Below, piece by piece: positions 16,640 through 25,931 of a stretch of DNA of 54,694 nucleotides. The translations under genes and the position numbers were made by a program. Below the pieces are notes generated by a model. That model had not been told where the DNA came from. It ran no database searches and was given only the letters and a program-made list of their open reading frames with translations. The stretch lies in the NCBI GenBank assembly GCA_036405515.1, contig DASWXM010000040.1, positions 1 through 54,694 on the forward strand, given 5' to 3'. Positions within the stretch are counted from its first letter, which is position 1. Each line of letters opens with the position of its first letter. This DNA is from Candidatus Saccharimonadales bacterium (GTDB lineage: Bacteria > Patescibacteriota > Saccharimonadia > Saccharimonadales > Saccharimonadaceae).

Positions 16640-18339
16640 TGACCGATATCTTTACGCAAATTCTTAAAAAAAGAGGTCTCGATACGCCTGAGAAGCGCGA
16701 GGCTTTTTTGAATCCAAGCTATGACGCAAAACACAACCCGTTCCTTTTACCTGATATGGAGCAGGCGGTTGATCGGCTTGTAAAAGCGCATGAAAAACAA
16801 GAGAAAATTACTATCTATGGCGACTATGATATCGATGGGCTGACAGCGACAACGATATTGCTTGACGCGTTTGCGAGCTTTGGCTTTAAAGGTGTTGATG
16901 CGTTTATTCCGAATCGATTTGTCGAAGGCTATGGGCTGACGGTTGATGCTATTGAGCGGATTGCGAAAACTGGCGCGAATATCATTGTGACGGTTGACTG
17001 TGGTAGCTTGAGTGAAAAGGAGATTATTCGTGCAAATGAGCTTGGCGTCGATGTGATCGTGACGGACCACCACAACGTTGCGCCAAAGCAACCGCCAGCG
17101 ATTGCGGTAATCAATCCGAAACGCTTGTTACAAGACTACCCGAATGAATACGAGAACCTGATTCTTAAAGATAATTCGAAAAAGTCAGGAAAAATCTATC
17201 CGTTTCTAGATTTGGCTGGCTGCGGTGTGGCGTTTAAATTAGTGCAAGCTTTGCAGATAAAACTCGAGGGGCTCGAAGACGGGCAAGAAAAATGGCTGCT
17301 CGACCTCGTTGCACTCGGTACTGTGTGTGATATTGTGACACTAGTTGATGAAAATCGGGCGAATGTATACTGGGGATTAAAAGTTCTTGATAAAACGAGG
17401 CGACCAGGGCTAAAAGCGTTGATGGCGGTCAGCAAGGTCGAACCGGGCAAAGTAAACGCACGCAGCCTTGGTTTTGGGTTGGGGCCGCGCATGAATGCGG
17501 CGGGGCGCCTCGAAACGGCGCAAATCGCGCTCGATATGCTGACGGCAACCGACTCTATGCTGGCCTATGAAAAGGCACAGGAGCTTGATGCGCTTAATAT
17601 GGCTCGTCGGGCAGACCAGGATAAGATTTACAAAGAAGCGATCGAGCAAGCCGAAGAACTCGCTGACGATCCGGTATTGGTGGTAAGTGCGCCGGAGTGG
17701 AATCACGGCATTGTCGGCATTGTCGCAGCAAAACTACTGGAAAAATTTAAAAAGCCGACATTTGTCCTGCAGGAAATGGACGACGAGACGAAAGGCAGTG
17801 CGCGTAGTTACGGCGAGTTTTCGGTGGCAGATGCGATCCGTAGTGCGGATGATATCATCACGAAAGGTGGTGGTCATAGGGCGGCGGCGGGCGTGACGTT
17901 GCCGACGAAAAATATCTCAGCGTTTCGTAAGCGCGTAAATGAATTTTACCAAAAATCAGGCTTCAATCTCGCCGAGGAGCAGAAAAAGCTATTGCCAGAT
18001 GCAGATGTATTGGCCGAAATTGATCACGTAGGCGAAGAATTGGTGGAGCAAATCGCAGCGCTCGAGCCATTTGGCAATGGTAACCCGCAGCCGATTCTGC
18101 ATTCTGAAAACTTGGTTGTGCTGCACATGCGGCGCATGGGTACAGACGGGCAGCATGTGAAAATCGAAGCACGTAGTCAAGAGGGTGTGATTTTGCAGTT
18201 CTTGGCATTTAACGCACCTGAGCATTTCTTTGTTGAACCGGGTGTTGGAATAGCTGTGTGGTATCAGCCAGATGTTAATGAGTGGATGGGTCGAAAAACA
18301 GTCGAGGGTAAGCTGCTTCACCTGGTGATTCTTAATTAA
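16639..18339 (+). CDS. recJ: single-stranded-DNA-specific exonuclease RecJ
   Basis: DHH motifs (DYDIDG, VTDHH) and DHHA1 GGHRAAAG. Confidence 0.92.
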   Translation: MTDIFTQILKKRGLDTPEKREAFLNPSYDAKHNPFLLPDMEQAVDRLVKAHEKQEKITIYGDYDIDGLTATTILLDAFASFGFKGVDAFIPNRFVEGYGLTVDAIERIAKTGANIIVTVDCGSLSEKEIIRANELGVDVIVTDHHNVAPKQPPAIAVINPKRLLQDYPNEYENLILKDNSKKSGKIYPFLDLAGCGVAFKLVQALQIKLEGLEDGQEKWLLDLVALGTVCDIVTLVDENRANVYWGLKVLDKTRRPGLKALMAVSKVEPGKVNARSLGFGLGPRMNAAGRLETAQIALDMLTATDSMLAYEKAQELDALNMARRADQDKIYKEAIEQAEELADDPVLVVSAPEWNHGIVGIVAAKLLEKFKKPTFVLQEMDDETKGSARSYGEFSVADAIRSADDIITKGGGHRAAAGVTLPTKNISAFRKRVNEFYQKSGFNLAEEQKKLLPDADVLAEIDHVGEELVEQIAALEPFGNGNPQPILHSENLVVLHMRRMGTDGQHVKIEARSQEGVILQFLAFNAPEHFFVEPGVGIAVWYQPDVNEWMGRKTVEGKLLHLVILN

Positions 18340-18341
18340 TA

Positions 18342-18366
18342 AAAAGTAAAGTATACTTTACTTTTG
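18342..18366 (+). terminator. intrinsic terminator after recJ
   Basis: AAAAGTAAAG pairs with CTTTACTTTT, ending in a T-run. Confidence 0.65.
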
Positions 18367-18463
18367 TATAACTTTCATGTACTATCAGAATAGGAAAGTT
18401 TCCAGAGCAGGTAATATAAAGGGCTAGCCTACGAAAAAGAAAGAAATCGATACAGTCCATAAC

Positions 18464-18661
18464 ATGGTATATGAGCACCGCGCGCTGCGTCGTTTGTCGC
18501 AGCAGCAGCTTGCCGATGCGGTGGGGGTATCAAAGCAAACAATTTTGATGATGGAGAAAGGAAACTATTCTCCATCATTGACGCTAGCGTTTCGCATTGC
18601 GCGATATTTTAGTGTTGATATTACTGAGGTGTTCTCATACGAACACAAGGAGGATGAATAA
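18464..18661 (+). CDS. XRE-family helix-turn-helix transcriptional regulator
   Basis: LSQQQLADAVGVSKQTILMMEKG, a classic HTH_3 motif. Confidence 0.85.
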   Translation: MVYEHRALRRLSQQQLADAVGVSKQTILMMEKGNYSPSLTLAFRIARYFSVDITEVFSYEHKEDE

Positions 18662-19012
18662 ATGGTTGATCAATTACAGGGAGTAGCTTCCGGTCTTGAT
18701 AAGTGGCTGGGAACAGACACTTCAAATTATGTAACGTACTTTATTATTGTAGGAGCCATACTTGCAGTTAGTAGTATAACGATGGTGGTATTTCGGCGAA
18801 TGCTTGGAAAAGGAAATGATGAGCGCACTGAAAAGATTGACCTAAAAATTAGTTATACTATCTTGCTCACCGGATTTATCGCAATGGTTTTATATATTAG
18901 TGCAATTACGAAGCAGATCGAACATATCCAACAACTAGCGCTTATCCCATTTGCTGTAATGCTGGTTGCGGGCGCACTGGCAACCATGGCAGAGTATTGG
19001 AAGACACGGTAG
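18662..19012 (+). CDS. small membrane protein coupled to the XRE regulator
   Basis: The start abuts the XRE gene's stop codon. Three hydrophobic helices. Confidence 0.6.
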   Translation: MVDQLQGVASGLDKWLGTDTSNYVTYFIIVGAILAVSSITMVVFRRMLGKGNDERTEKIDLKISYTILLTGFIAMVLYISAITKQIEHIQQLALIPFAVMLVAGALATMAEYWKTR

Positions 19013-19051
19013 TTGTCATTGTTGTTAACATCTGTTACAATAGCTAGCGAT

Positions 19052-19267
19052 ATGGTACAAGTAACACGTAAAGACGAACGAGAAGCGAACGAGAACATCA
19101 TCCGTCGTTTCAACCGAAAAGTGCTTCAGAGTGGTGTGCTTTCGACTGCGAAAGCCAGCCAGCGCTTTTCAAAGCCTATCAGCAAAGTGGAGCGCCGTAA
19201 AAAAGCGATTATCCGCCGCGCTCGTAAGGCTGACAAACTAGCGAAGATGCGCCTCGGAGTACGCTAG
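19052..19267 (+). CDS. rpsU: 30S ribosomal protein S21
   Basis: MVQVTRKDEREANENIIRRFNRKV...RRKKAIIRR. The start is set at the ATG after TGTTACAAT. Confidence 0.9.
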   Translation: MVQVTRKDEREANENIIRRFNRKVLQSGVLSTAKASQRFSKPISKVERRKKAIIRRARKADKLAKMRLGVR

Positions 19268-19271
19268 GCCA

Positions 19272-19727
19272 ATGGGTCTTTCGACTCAAATCCAAGACGA
19301 TATGAAAGCCGCTCTATTGGGCGGCAATCGTTTTGAGGGTGATGTGCTTCGTAATCTAAAAGCGGCAATTCTGAACGAAGAAGTTGCCCAGGGCAAGCGT
19401 GAGACTGGTCTCGATGATGCGGAAGTAGAAAAGATTATTGCCCGTGAAGTGAAAAAGCGTCGCGAATCGATCAATCTCTACGAGCAAAACGGCCGCCCAG
19501 AGCTCGCTGAAGACGAGAAAAAAGAAATCGAAGTCCTCGAAAAGTATCTGCCGAAACAACTTAGGGAAGATGAAGTTCGGGCGCTTGTCGATGAAGCAAT
19601 TGCCGCGACTGGTGCGGATGGCCCACAGGCCATGGGGCAAGTAATCGGTGCTGTCAAAGCCAAGGCTGGTAATACCGTCGATGGTGCAAGTCTTGCAAAA
19701 ATCGTTAAAGAACAACTAACAAAATAG
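19272..19727 (+). CDS. GatB/YqeY domain protein
   Basis: Pattern LKAAILNEEV...VKKRRESI..Y...GR.ELAE.E..EI..L..YLP. Confidence 0.85.
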   Translation: MGLSTQIQDDMKAALLGGNRFEGDVLRNLKAAILNEEVAQGKRETGLDDAEVEKIIAREVKKRRESINLYEQNGRPELAEDEKKEIEVLEKYLPKQLREDEVRALVDEAIAATGADGPQAMGQVIGAVKAKAGNTVDGASLAKIVKEQLTK

Positions 19728-19740
19728 GGGAAACAGAAAA

Positions 19741-20292
19741 GTGATTTTATTTTTCGGGCCAACTGGTGCCGGTAAAAGTATGCAGGGGCAAATGTTGGCG
19801 GTACGCCAAGGCTGGAAGTGGCTTTCGACCGGTGAGATGCTGCGAAACAGCAAAGACTCTGAAGTAATTGAAGTGTTGAAATCTGGTGAGCTGGTAAGCG
19901 ATGAGCTAACCTACGAAGTATTTGACGAAGCCATTAAGGATGCCAAGGCGAAGAACTATGAAAAGATCATTGTCGACGGCTTTCCGCGTACGAAAGTGCA
20001 GGCGGAATGGCTAGCTGATTACATGGAAGAAAATGGTGAGACGATTGATATTGTCGTCGCTCTTGAAGTTCCCGAAAGTGAGATTATGAAGCGTCTTGAA
20101 AAGCGTGGACGCATGGAAGATACGCCAGAAACAATTGCGAAGCGTATGAATATTTATCGTCAAAAAATGTACCCGGTACTTGGTACGTTTGCTGAAGATG
20201 GTATCAAAATTGTGCATCTTGATGGTACGGGTACAGCCGGTGAAGTACATGATCGAATTTATGCTGAGGTAGTCGGGGATGCAGCCTCCTAA
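19741..20292 (+). CDS. adk: adenylate kinase (short-lid form)
   Basis: P-loop GPTGAGKS and DGFPRT motif. GTG start. Confidence 0.8.
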   Translation: MILFFGPTGAGKSMQGQMLAVRQGWKWLSTGEMLRNSKDSEVIEVLKSGELVSDELTYEVFDEAIKDAKAKNYEKIIVDGFPRTKVQAEWLADYMEENGETIDIVVALEVPESEIMKRLEKRGRMEDTPETIAKRMNIYRQKMYPVLGTFAEDGIKIVHLDGTGTAGEVHDRIYAEVVGDAAS

Positions 20293-21037
20293 GACTGACG
20301 CGCAAGTCCAGGCGATGAAGGATGGCGGCAGGATACTTGCCGGGATTTTGTCTGACTTGAAATCGTATATCCAGCCGGGCATGACCGGACTTGAGGTTGA
20401 CGTGTGGGTGGCTCGAGAGATTACTGCTCGAGGGGCTGAAGCGACGTATAAGACGAAAGAAGTTGGTTTTCCAAATGTAATTTGCATCTCAAAAAATGAT
20501 GAAATCGTCCATGGTGTACCGACTGACGAGCCGTTTGAAGTGGGTGACATTGTGAGCTTTGACCTTGTAATAACCTACATGGGTATGAAAACTGATTCGG
20601 CATTTACGATGGTAATCGGTGATGAGCCGAAGGGTGCCGTAAAGCATCTCTTGCAGGCAACAGAGCGTAGTCTCTATGCGGGAATCGACGCAATTAAGGG
20701 TGATGGAACTCGTATTGGCGATGTGGCAGCAGCAATCGAGAAGGTTCTCGCTGGTGCAAATCTTGGTATTATCCGCGAGTTGGTAGGGCATGGTGTCGGG
20801 CAGGAGATGCATATGGCTCCAGAGATCCCAAATTACGGTATGGCGGGCACTGGTGGTGTATTGAAGACGGGTGATACGATTGCGATCGAGCCAATGGCAA
20901 CACTTGGTGGTGAGAAGATCGACGCGAACCATGCTGATGGCTGGACGATATCAACACGTGATGGCAGTATGTCAGCACATTTTGAGCACACGGTACTTAT
21001 TACCGAAGATGGCGCCGAAATTTTGACCATTTCATAG
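20279..21037 (+). CDS. map: type I methionine aminopeptidase
   Basis: Metal-ligand context of ICISKNDEIVHGVP, GHGVGQEMH and EHTVLIT. Confidence 0.92.
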   Translation: MQPPKTDAQVQAMKDGGRILAGILSDLKSYIQPGMTGLEVDVWVAREITARGAEATYKTKEVGFPNVICISKNDEIVHGVPTDEPFEVGDIVSFDLVITYMGMKTDSAFTMVIGDEPKGAVKHLLQATERSLYAGIDAIKGDGTRIGDVAAAIEKVLAGANLGIIRELVGHGVGQEMHMAPEIPNYGMAGTGGVLKTGDTIAIEPMATLGGEKIDANHADGWTISTRDGSMSAHFEHTVLITEDGAEILTIS

Positions 21038-21059
21038 AAATCAGGCTATAATCAAGCGT

Positions 21060-22316
21060 ATGCAAGATAATTCTCGATATGCGGTAGGCATCGATATAGG
21101 GACGACGACTGTTCGATGTGTGGTAGGCCATATAGATGGCACAACCGGGACACCAACAATTGTTGGTGTCGGTAAGGCGCCAAATAAAGGTATGCGAAAA
21201 GGAGTCGTTGCCAACCTTAACGGTCCAGCAGCGGCGATTGATGATGCGCTTGGTGAAGCTGAACGGATGAGTGGTTACCAGGTTAATGCGGCTGCGGTCA
21301 GCATTAACGGACAGCATATTCTAAGTACAAAGGCTGACGGTATGATTGCGGTGGGTGCGATGGATCATGAGATCAATCATGATGATATTGTGCGGCTTGA
21401 GGAAGTTGCAACTACAGGTAAAGTACCGGCAAATCGGGAAATTGTTGAAGTCGTGCCACATAGTTATCGTCTTGATGGGCAGGATAATATCAGGGATCCT
21501 ATCGGTATGACGGGGACACGTCTTGAAATTAATGCCAATGTCGTCTCGGTCTTGGCTCCATACCTCCATAATCTCCAAAAGGCGGCAGATATGGCAAAGG
21601 TTGATGCGCATGCGATAGTGCCTAGTGTGCTTGCGGCTGCAAAGTCTGTACTGAGTGAAGCTCAGCTTGAAAACGGCGTGGCAGTAGTTGATATGGGCGG
21701 CGCAACGACAAGTGTGGCCATCTTTGAGGAGGGCGATCTACAATACGTTGGTGTTGTACCTATGGGTGGCGCGAATATTACAAATGATCTTGCAATTGGC
21801 CTCAAAACAGATCCTGAAATTGCAGAGAAGGTAAAAATCGCACATGCTGATGCTGGTACCCGCGATAGTCACTCAGGGGTAACTCTCAAAGAAGAAGGCC
21901 AAACATACAGTTTTGATCTCACCGAAATCGATGAGATTATTGACGCCCGACTTGAAGAGATTTTTGAGGCTGTACAAAAAGAGTTGAAGAAAGCGGGTCG
22001 TGCAGGCCGTTTGCCAAGCGGTGTAGTACTGACCGGCGGTACTGCAAATATTAAGAATCTTGCAGATTATGCTAAGTCAAAACTTAGCGTTGCTGCACGC
22101 ATCGGAAAAAATAACGGCTATGGTGGTGTATCCGAAGATGCGGAAAAGCCAGAATTTGCAACTGCTGTTGGCCTTATGACAATCGACGCGGAGGGCGCAT
22201 TGCCTGTACAAAAAAATGGCTCATCAGGTATGAAATTCAGTAGTAAGCAGGCTAAAGCCAGCGTGGAAAAAGCTGGTGGTATGCTATCAAAATTGTTTGG
22301 TCGTTTTAAGATTTAA
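21060..22316 (+). CDS. ftsA: cell division protein FtsA
   Basis: Actin-like fold with VGIDIGTTTVRCVVG and DMGGATTSVAIF. Lies upstream of ftsZ. Confidence 0.92.
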   Translation: MQDNSRYAVGIDIGTTTVRCVVGHIDGTTGTPTIVGVGKAPNKGMRKGVVANLNGPAAAIDDALGEAERMSGYQVNAAAVSINGQHILSTKADGMIAVGAMDHEINHDDIVRLEEVATTGKVPANREIVEVVPHSYRLDGQDNIRDPIGMTGTRLEINANVVSVLAPYLHNLQKAADMAKVDAHAIVPSVLAAAKSVLSEAQLENGVAVVDMGGATTSVAIFEEGDLQYVGVVPMGGANITNDLAIGLKTDPEIAEKVKIAHADAGTRDSHSGVTLKEEGQTYSFDLTEIDEIIDARLEEIFEAVQKELKKAGRAGRLPSGVVLTGGTANIKNLADYAKSKLSVAARIGKNNGYGGVSEDAEKPEFATAVGLMTIDAEGALPVQKNGSSGMKFSSKQAKASVEKAGGMLSKLFGRFKI

Positions 22317-22388
22317 TTTTTGTATTCAACGATGCTATACTAAGATGAGTAAGTTTTTTGTTTACCAGATAGTGAGGGGGAATCACCA

Positions 22389-23603
22389 ATGCCTGAAGTA
22401 AAACCAAGTGAAATTCAAAGCTTTGCAAGCATCAAAGTAGTCGGTGTTGGTGGCGCTGGCGGTTCTGCTGTTAACCGTATGAAAGATGCTGGCTTGCAGG
22501 GCGTGCAATTTATCGCTATGAATACCGATGCACAGGCTCTGCATAACTCAAAAGCAGATGTTAAGATTCATCTCGGTAAGCAAACGACAAATGGGCTTGG
22601 TGCTGGTGCTGATCCTTCAAAAGGTCAGGAGGCGGCAGAAGAAAGCCGCGATGATATCAAGCAGGCCCTTGAGGGTGCTGATATGGTATTTGTCACCATC
22701 GGTGCTGGTGGTGGTACTGGGTCAGGTGCTGGCCATGTTGTGGCAGATATTGCCCGTGAGCTTGGTATCCTTGTGGTTGGCGTGGCGACGAAGCCATTTA
22801 GTTTTGAGGGCGAGAAGCGTCGTCAGAACGCGGAATGGGCTGTAGCGCAACTTGGACGTCAAGTTGATACCCTGATCACCATCCCTAATGACCGTTTACT
22901 TCAGACAATCGATCGTCGTACACCGCTCCTTGAAACCTTTAAGATCGCCGACGATGTACTTCGTCAGGGTGTACAGGGCATTTCAGAGCTTATTACCGAA
23001 CATGGTCTAATCAATCTCGACTTTGCTGACGTCAAGGCAATCATGAGTAATGCTGGTTCAGCTCTCATGGGTATTGGTCGTGCAAGTGGCGAAGAACGTG
23101 CCGCTCAAGCCGCACAGCAGGCAATCGAGAGTCCGTTGATCGAAGTATCGATTGATGGAGCAAAGGGCGTACTCTTCAATGTTACCGGTGGCTACGATAT
23201 GAGTATGTCAGAGATCCAAGAAGCAGCTGAGATCATTACCAGTGCCGTTTCTCCAGATGCCAATATTATCTTTGGTGCCACGCTTAAACCGGAGATGGAA
23301 GACGAACTTGTTATTACCGTAATCGCAACTGGATTCGATAGCGAATTCTTCCATGAACAAGCTGAAAGTCTCGAGCAACCAGGTGCAATGGTCTCACCTA
23401 CGCCAGTCGCTCACGCCTCAACAAGCAACGAAGTGGCTGACGAAGAGATTAGCTCGATGAATATGGATCTTGATCAAACCGACGCTGCAGAGCATTTTGC
23501 GAGTGAGACAACGACCGATATCTGGCAAGAACCAACATCAAATGATGACGAGGATGATACACCAGCATTTCTACGTCGTCGTAAGAAGAAAACAGAGGAG
23601 TAG
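22389..23603 (+). CDS. ftsZ: cell division protein FtsZ
   Basis: Motifs [13 protein letters not shown] and GGGTGSGA, with a C-terminal [11 protein letters not shown] peptide. Confidence 0.97.
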   Translation: MPEVKPSEIQSFASIKVVGVGGAGGSAVNRMKDAGLQGVQFIAMNTDAQALHNSKADVKIHLGKQTTNGLGAGADPSKGQEAAEESRDDIKQALEGADMVFVTIGAGGGTGSGAGHVVADIARELGILVVGVATKPFSFEGEKRRQNAEWAVAQLGRQVDTLITIPNDRLLQTIDRRTPLLETFKIADDVLRQGVQGISELITEHGLINLDFADVKAIMSNAGSALMGIGRASGEERAAQAAQQAIESPLIEVSIDGAKGVLFNVTGGYDMSMSEIQEAAEIITSAVSPDANIIFGATLKPEMEDELVITVIATGFDSEFFHEQAESLEQPGAMVSPTPVAHASTSNEVADEEISSMNMDLDQTDAAEHFASETTTDIWQEPTSNDDEDDTPAFLRRRKKKTEE

Positions 23604-23611
23604 TCAAAAAC

Positions 23612-24067
23612 ATGGCAGGAGCTCTTAATATCGGCGATAGCCGAGTCTTGGAGTCTCGCGAGGTGGGTGACGGAAAAACAATCCGGCGACGCCGTGAGAC
23701 CCCCGATGGACGACGCTTTACTACCTATGAACGGATTGAAAAGCCCAACCTCGCAGTTATTAAGAAGAGTGGTGACCGCGAATTGTTTGACCGCGATAAA
23801 TTGACGGGTGCGATCAAGCAGTCGGTGGGTAAGTTCTTTGCGTCGGAGCTTGAGGTAGAAGAGATTGTTAATAATGTCGAAGAGGCAGTGTACGATCGAG
23901 GTGAAAGCGAAATTTTCTCAAAAGGTATTGGCGAGCTTGTACTTGATGAACTTGAGCAGAGAAATCAAGTTGCCTATGTGCGCTTTGCCAGTGTCTTCCA
24001 TGATTTTAAAACACTCGATGACTTTGTGAATATTCTCGCATCACGATCAAGCCGGGAGAAAAACTAA
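23612..24067 (+). CDS. nrdR: NrdR-like repressor with intact ATP-cone but no zinc-ribbon cysteines
   Basis: DSRV.ESR.VGDG..IRRRRE....RRFTTYE aligns to the NrdR N-terminus. The ATP-cone has VIKKSGDRELFDRDKL and VAYVRFASVF. The protein contains no Cys. Confidence 0.8.
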   Translation: MAGALNIGDSRVLESREVGDGKTIRRRRETPDGRRFTTYERIEKPNLAVIKKSGDRELFDRDKLTGAIKQSVGKFFASELEVEEIVNNVEEAVYDRGESEIFSKGIGELVLDELEQRNQVAYVRFASVFHDFKTLDDFVNILASRSSREKN

Positions 24068-24324
24068 TGAGAGCGGTGATTGTTTACCGAGCTGAAAGCG
24101 ATCACCGGCGTCCTGTAGAGGAATTTCTTCATGATTTTAGTCGTCAGACGGGGAATACCGTAGAAGTTTATAACCCCGATGACAAAGAAGGCCAGGAATT
24201 TTGTAGAGTGTATGATGTCGTTGAGTATCCGACGATGATCGCGCTAGCCGATGACGGACAGTTGCTTGCAACCTGGCGCGGCTTACCATTGCCAACTATT
24301 TCGGAGGTGTCGTATTATGCATAA
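24067..24324 (+). CDS. small thioredoxin-fold-like protein lacking CxxC
   Basis: 85 aa, overlapping the nrdR stop and the VKOR start. Contains EYPTMIAL...G and has only one Cys. Confidence 0.45.
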   Translation: MRAVIVYRAESDHRRPVEEFLHDFSRQTGNTVEVYNPDDKEGQEFCRVYDVVEYPTMIALADDGQLLATWRGLPLPTISEVSYYA

Positions 24325-24934
24325 GTTTTTGAAATTACTCCAGCCGAAGACCGAAGGTAACGGTGTGTGGTGGACAATGCTGATTGCGGCATTGGCGGCA
24401 TTTGCAGCAGCTTTCACTCTTTCTGTAGAGAAAATACATCTCCTCCAGAATCCCGATGCAATACTAAGTTGTAGTGTGAACCTGGTTCTTAACTGTGCGA
24501 GTGTGATGCAAACTTGGCAGGCGAGCGTATTTGGTTTTCCGAATAGCTATATTGGTATTGCTGGCTTTGCGATCGTAATCGCTGTAGCGATGGGTGGTCT
24601 ACTCAGGGTGAAATATTCTCGGAACTACCTGGTAACGGCACAAGTATTTTATGGACTCGGGTTAATTTTTGCCTACTGGCTATTCTTCCAGAGTGTCTAC
24701 GTAATTCAAATACTCTGTCCATGGTGTTTGGTCGTGACCTTTACGACGACACTGATCTTTGAGAGCCTACTTCATTACAACTTACGTCAGAATAATTTTG
24801 GACTGAGCAAAGCGAATAACAAAAAAGTGCAAACATTCTTAGACAAACAGTTCGACCGTGTCATTATAGCGGCATGGATCGTGTTAATGGTGCTGCTGGT
24901 GATGCTAAAATTCGGCGAAGGCTTGTGGAGCTAG
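24317..24934 (+). CDS. vitamin K epoxide reductase (VKOR) family membrane protein
   Basis: Loop cysteines SCSVNLVLNC, active site CPWC within a TM helix, and four to five TM helices. The start is set at MHKF. Confidence 0.8.
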   Translation: MHKFLKLLQPKTEGNGVWWTMLIAALAAFAAAFTLSVEKIHLLQNPDAILSCSVNLVLNCASVMQTWQASVFGFPNSYIGIAGFAIVIAVAMGGLLRVKYSRNYLVTAQVFYGLGLIFAYWLFFQSVYVIQILCPWCLVVTFTTTLIFESLLHYNLRQNNFGLSKANNKKVQTFLDKQFDRVIIAAWIVLMVLLVMLKFGEGLWS

Positions 24935-24964
24935 CCCTGTAGTTGTATACTGTAAGGTGTAAAT

Positions 24965-25137
24965 CCGTTTGAGTGGTTATCACCCACGAGGAGCAGAAAG
25001 AACGCCCCCGCTAGTAGAATCTGCCGCAGCACTGTGTAAATGTGTAATAAAGTGCTAAGAATTCCTTCTTAGAAACTGGATGGTACCGTCCGTGAAACCC
25101 TTCTCGGATTCCAGTGGTTAAGAAGGGATTTTTATTT
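24965..25137 (+). promoter_or_regulatory. T-box leader, probable Ile specifier
   Basis: T-box-like GGAUGGUACCGUCC at 25078-25091 (canonical GGGUGGUACCGCG). The hairpin GUGG-UUAUCAC-CCAC (24973-24987) presents AUC at 24979-24981. Stem AGCACU/AGUGCU at 25028-25056. A terminator follows. Confidence 0.65.
25098..25137 (+). terminator. T-box expression-platform terminator
   Basis: CCCTTCT (25098-25104) pairs with AGAAGGG (25121-25127), followed by ATTTTTATTT. The upstream AGAA...GG (25071-25080) could compete with it as an antiterminator. Confidence 0.6.
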
Positions 25138-25146
25138 GGAGAAAAT

Positions 25147-25392
25147 ATGAGCGAGCAGCTACAGTCACCACAATACATTGACGCAAAAGCTCCTGATTAT
25201 GACAGGTTGGCTGAATCACTACGAATCTATCTTGATAATTCACCAAGTGCAGAAGACCTGGCCGGATTAAACGGCGATAGTCTCGTCGCGACAGTTATTT
25301 GGTGGGCAAAAGAGGCTAATCAAGCTGACCCGTATACAGTTGTTTCAGAGATTTTTGGTACTGAAGTATGGGAGGCTGGTCAATGGATATGA
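25147..25392 (+). CDS. small acidic hypothetical protein
   Basis: GGAG lies 5 nt upstream of the ATG at 25147. The ORF-track start at 25114 lies inside the terminator. Confidence 0.55.
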   Translation: MSEQLQSPQYIDAKAPDYDRLAESLRIYLDNSPSAEDLAGLNGDSLVATVIWWAKEANQADPYTVVSEIFGTEVWEAGQWI

Positions 25393-25931
25393 CGTCATCC
25401 GAGCATGAATCAAAGTTGGCCTTTGAGATGCGTGCACCGACGATGGACGATGTGCAGGCTATCCGCCGCATGCATGCGCAGGCATGGCTTGATACGTATC
25501 CAAATGATGAGCTTGGTGTTTCCTATGATTGGGTGAAAGAGCGGACTGACTCATGGCTTACGCCGGAAGGGCTTCAAAAGTCCCGTGATCACTTCTCGAA
25601 TGTTTTTGATAATCCTGATCATTTTCATCGTGTGGCAGTTGATGATGATAAGATTGTTGGACTTGTTCATGGGTTGGTGCAAGATGGGCATAAACACCTG
25701 GGCGCCCTGTACCTCGATAAGAAATATCACGGATCTGGGTTGGCATATAAACTAATGGATCAGGTAAATGAGTGGTTTGGGAATGACGAAGTTGATCTTG
25801 AAGTTGTAACGTATAATCATCGTGCTATCGCTTTTTATGAAAAATATGGCTTTCAGGCCACTGGCAAAGAAAACGAACTTTTTGGAGGAAAGATGCCAAA
25901 TACAACGATGACACGGAAAGGAAAGAAGTGA
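25383..25931 (+). CDS. GNAT family N-acetyltransferase
   Basis: Acetyl-CoA pocket YHGSGLAYKLMD and ...AIAFYEKYGF. GGAGG lies 7 nt upstream of the ATG at 25383. Confidence 0.8.
   Translation: MDMTSSEHESKLAFEMRAPTMDDVQAIRRMHAQAWLDTYPNDELGVSYDWVKERTDSWLTPEGLQKSRDHFSNVFDNPDHFHRVAVDDDKIVGLVHGLVQDGHKHLGALYLDKKYHGSGLAYKLMDQVNEWFGNDEVDLEVVTYNHRAIAFYEKYGFQATGKENELFGGKMPNTTMTRKGKK

Noticed and set aside
25383-25931. A confident call of the small-ORF/GNAT pair as a toxin-antitoxin system.
   Set aside because: The GNAT has ordinary Acetyltransf_1 features rather than those I associate with TacT/AtaT-type toxins, and the upstream protein lacks an RHH-like basic N-terminus. It is kept only as a low-confidence hypothesis in the findings.
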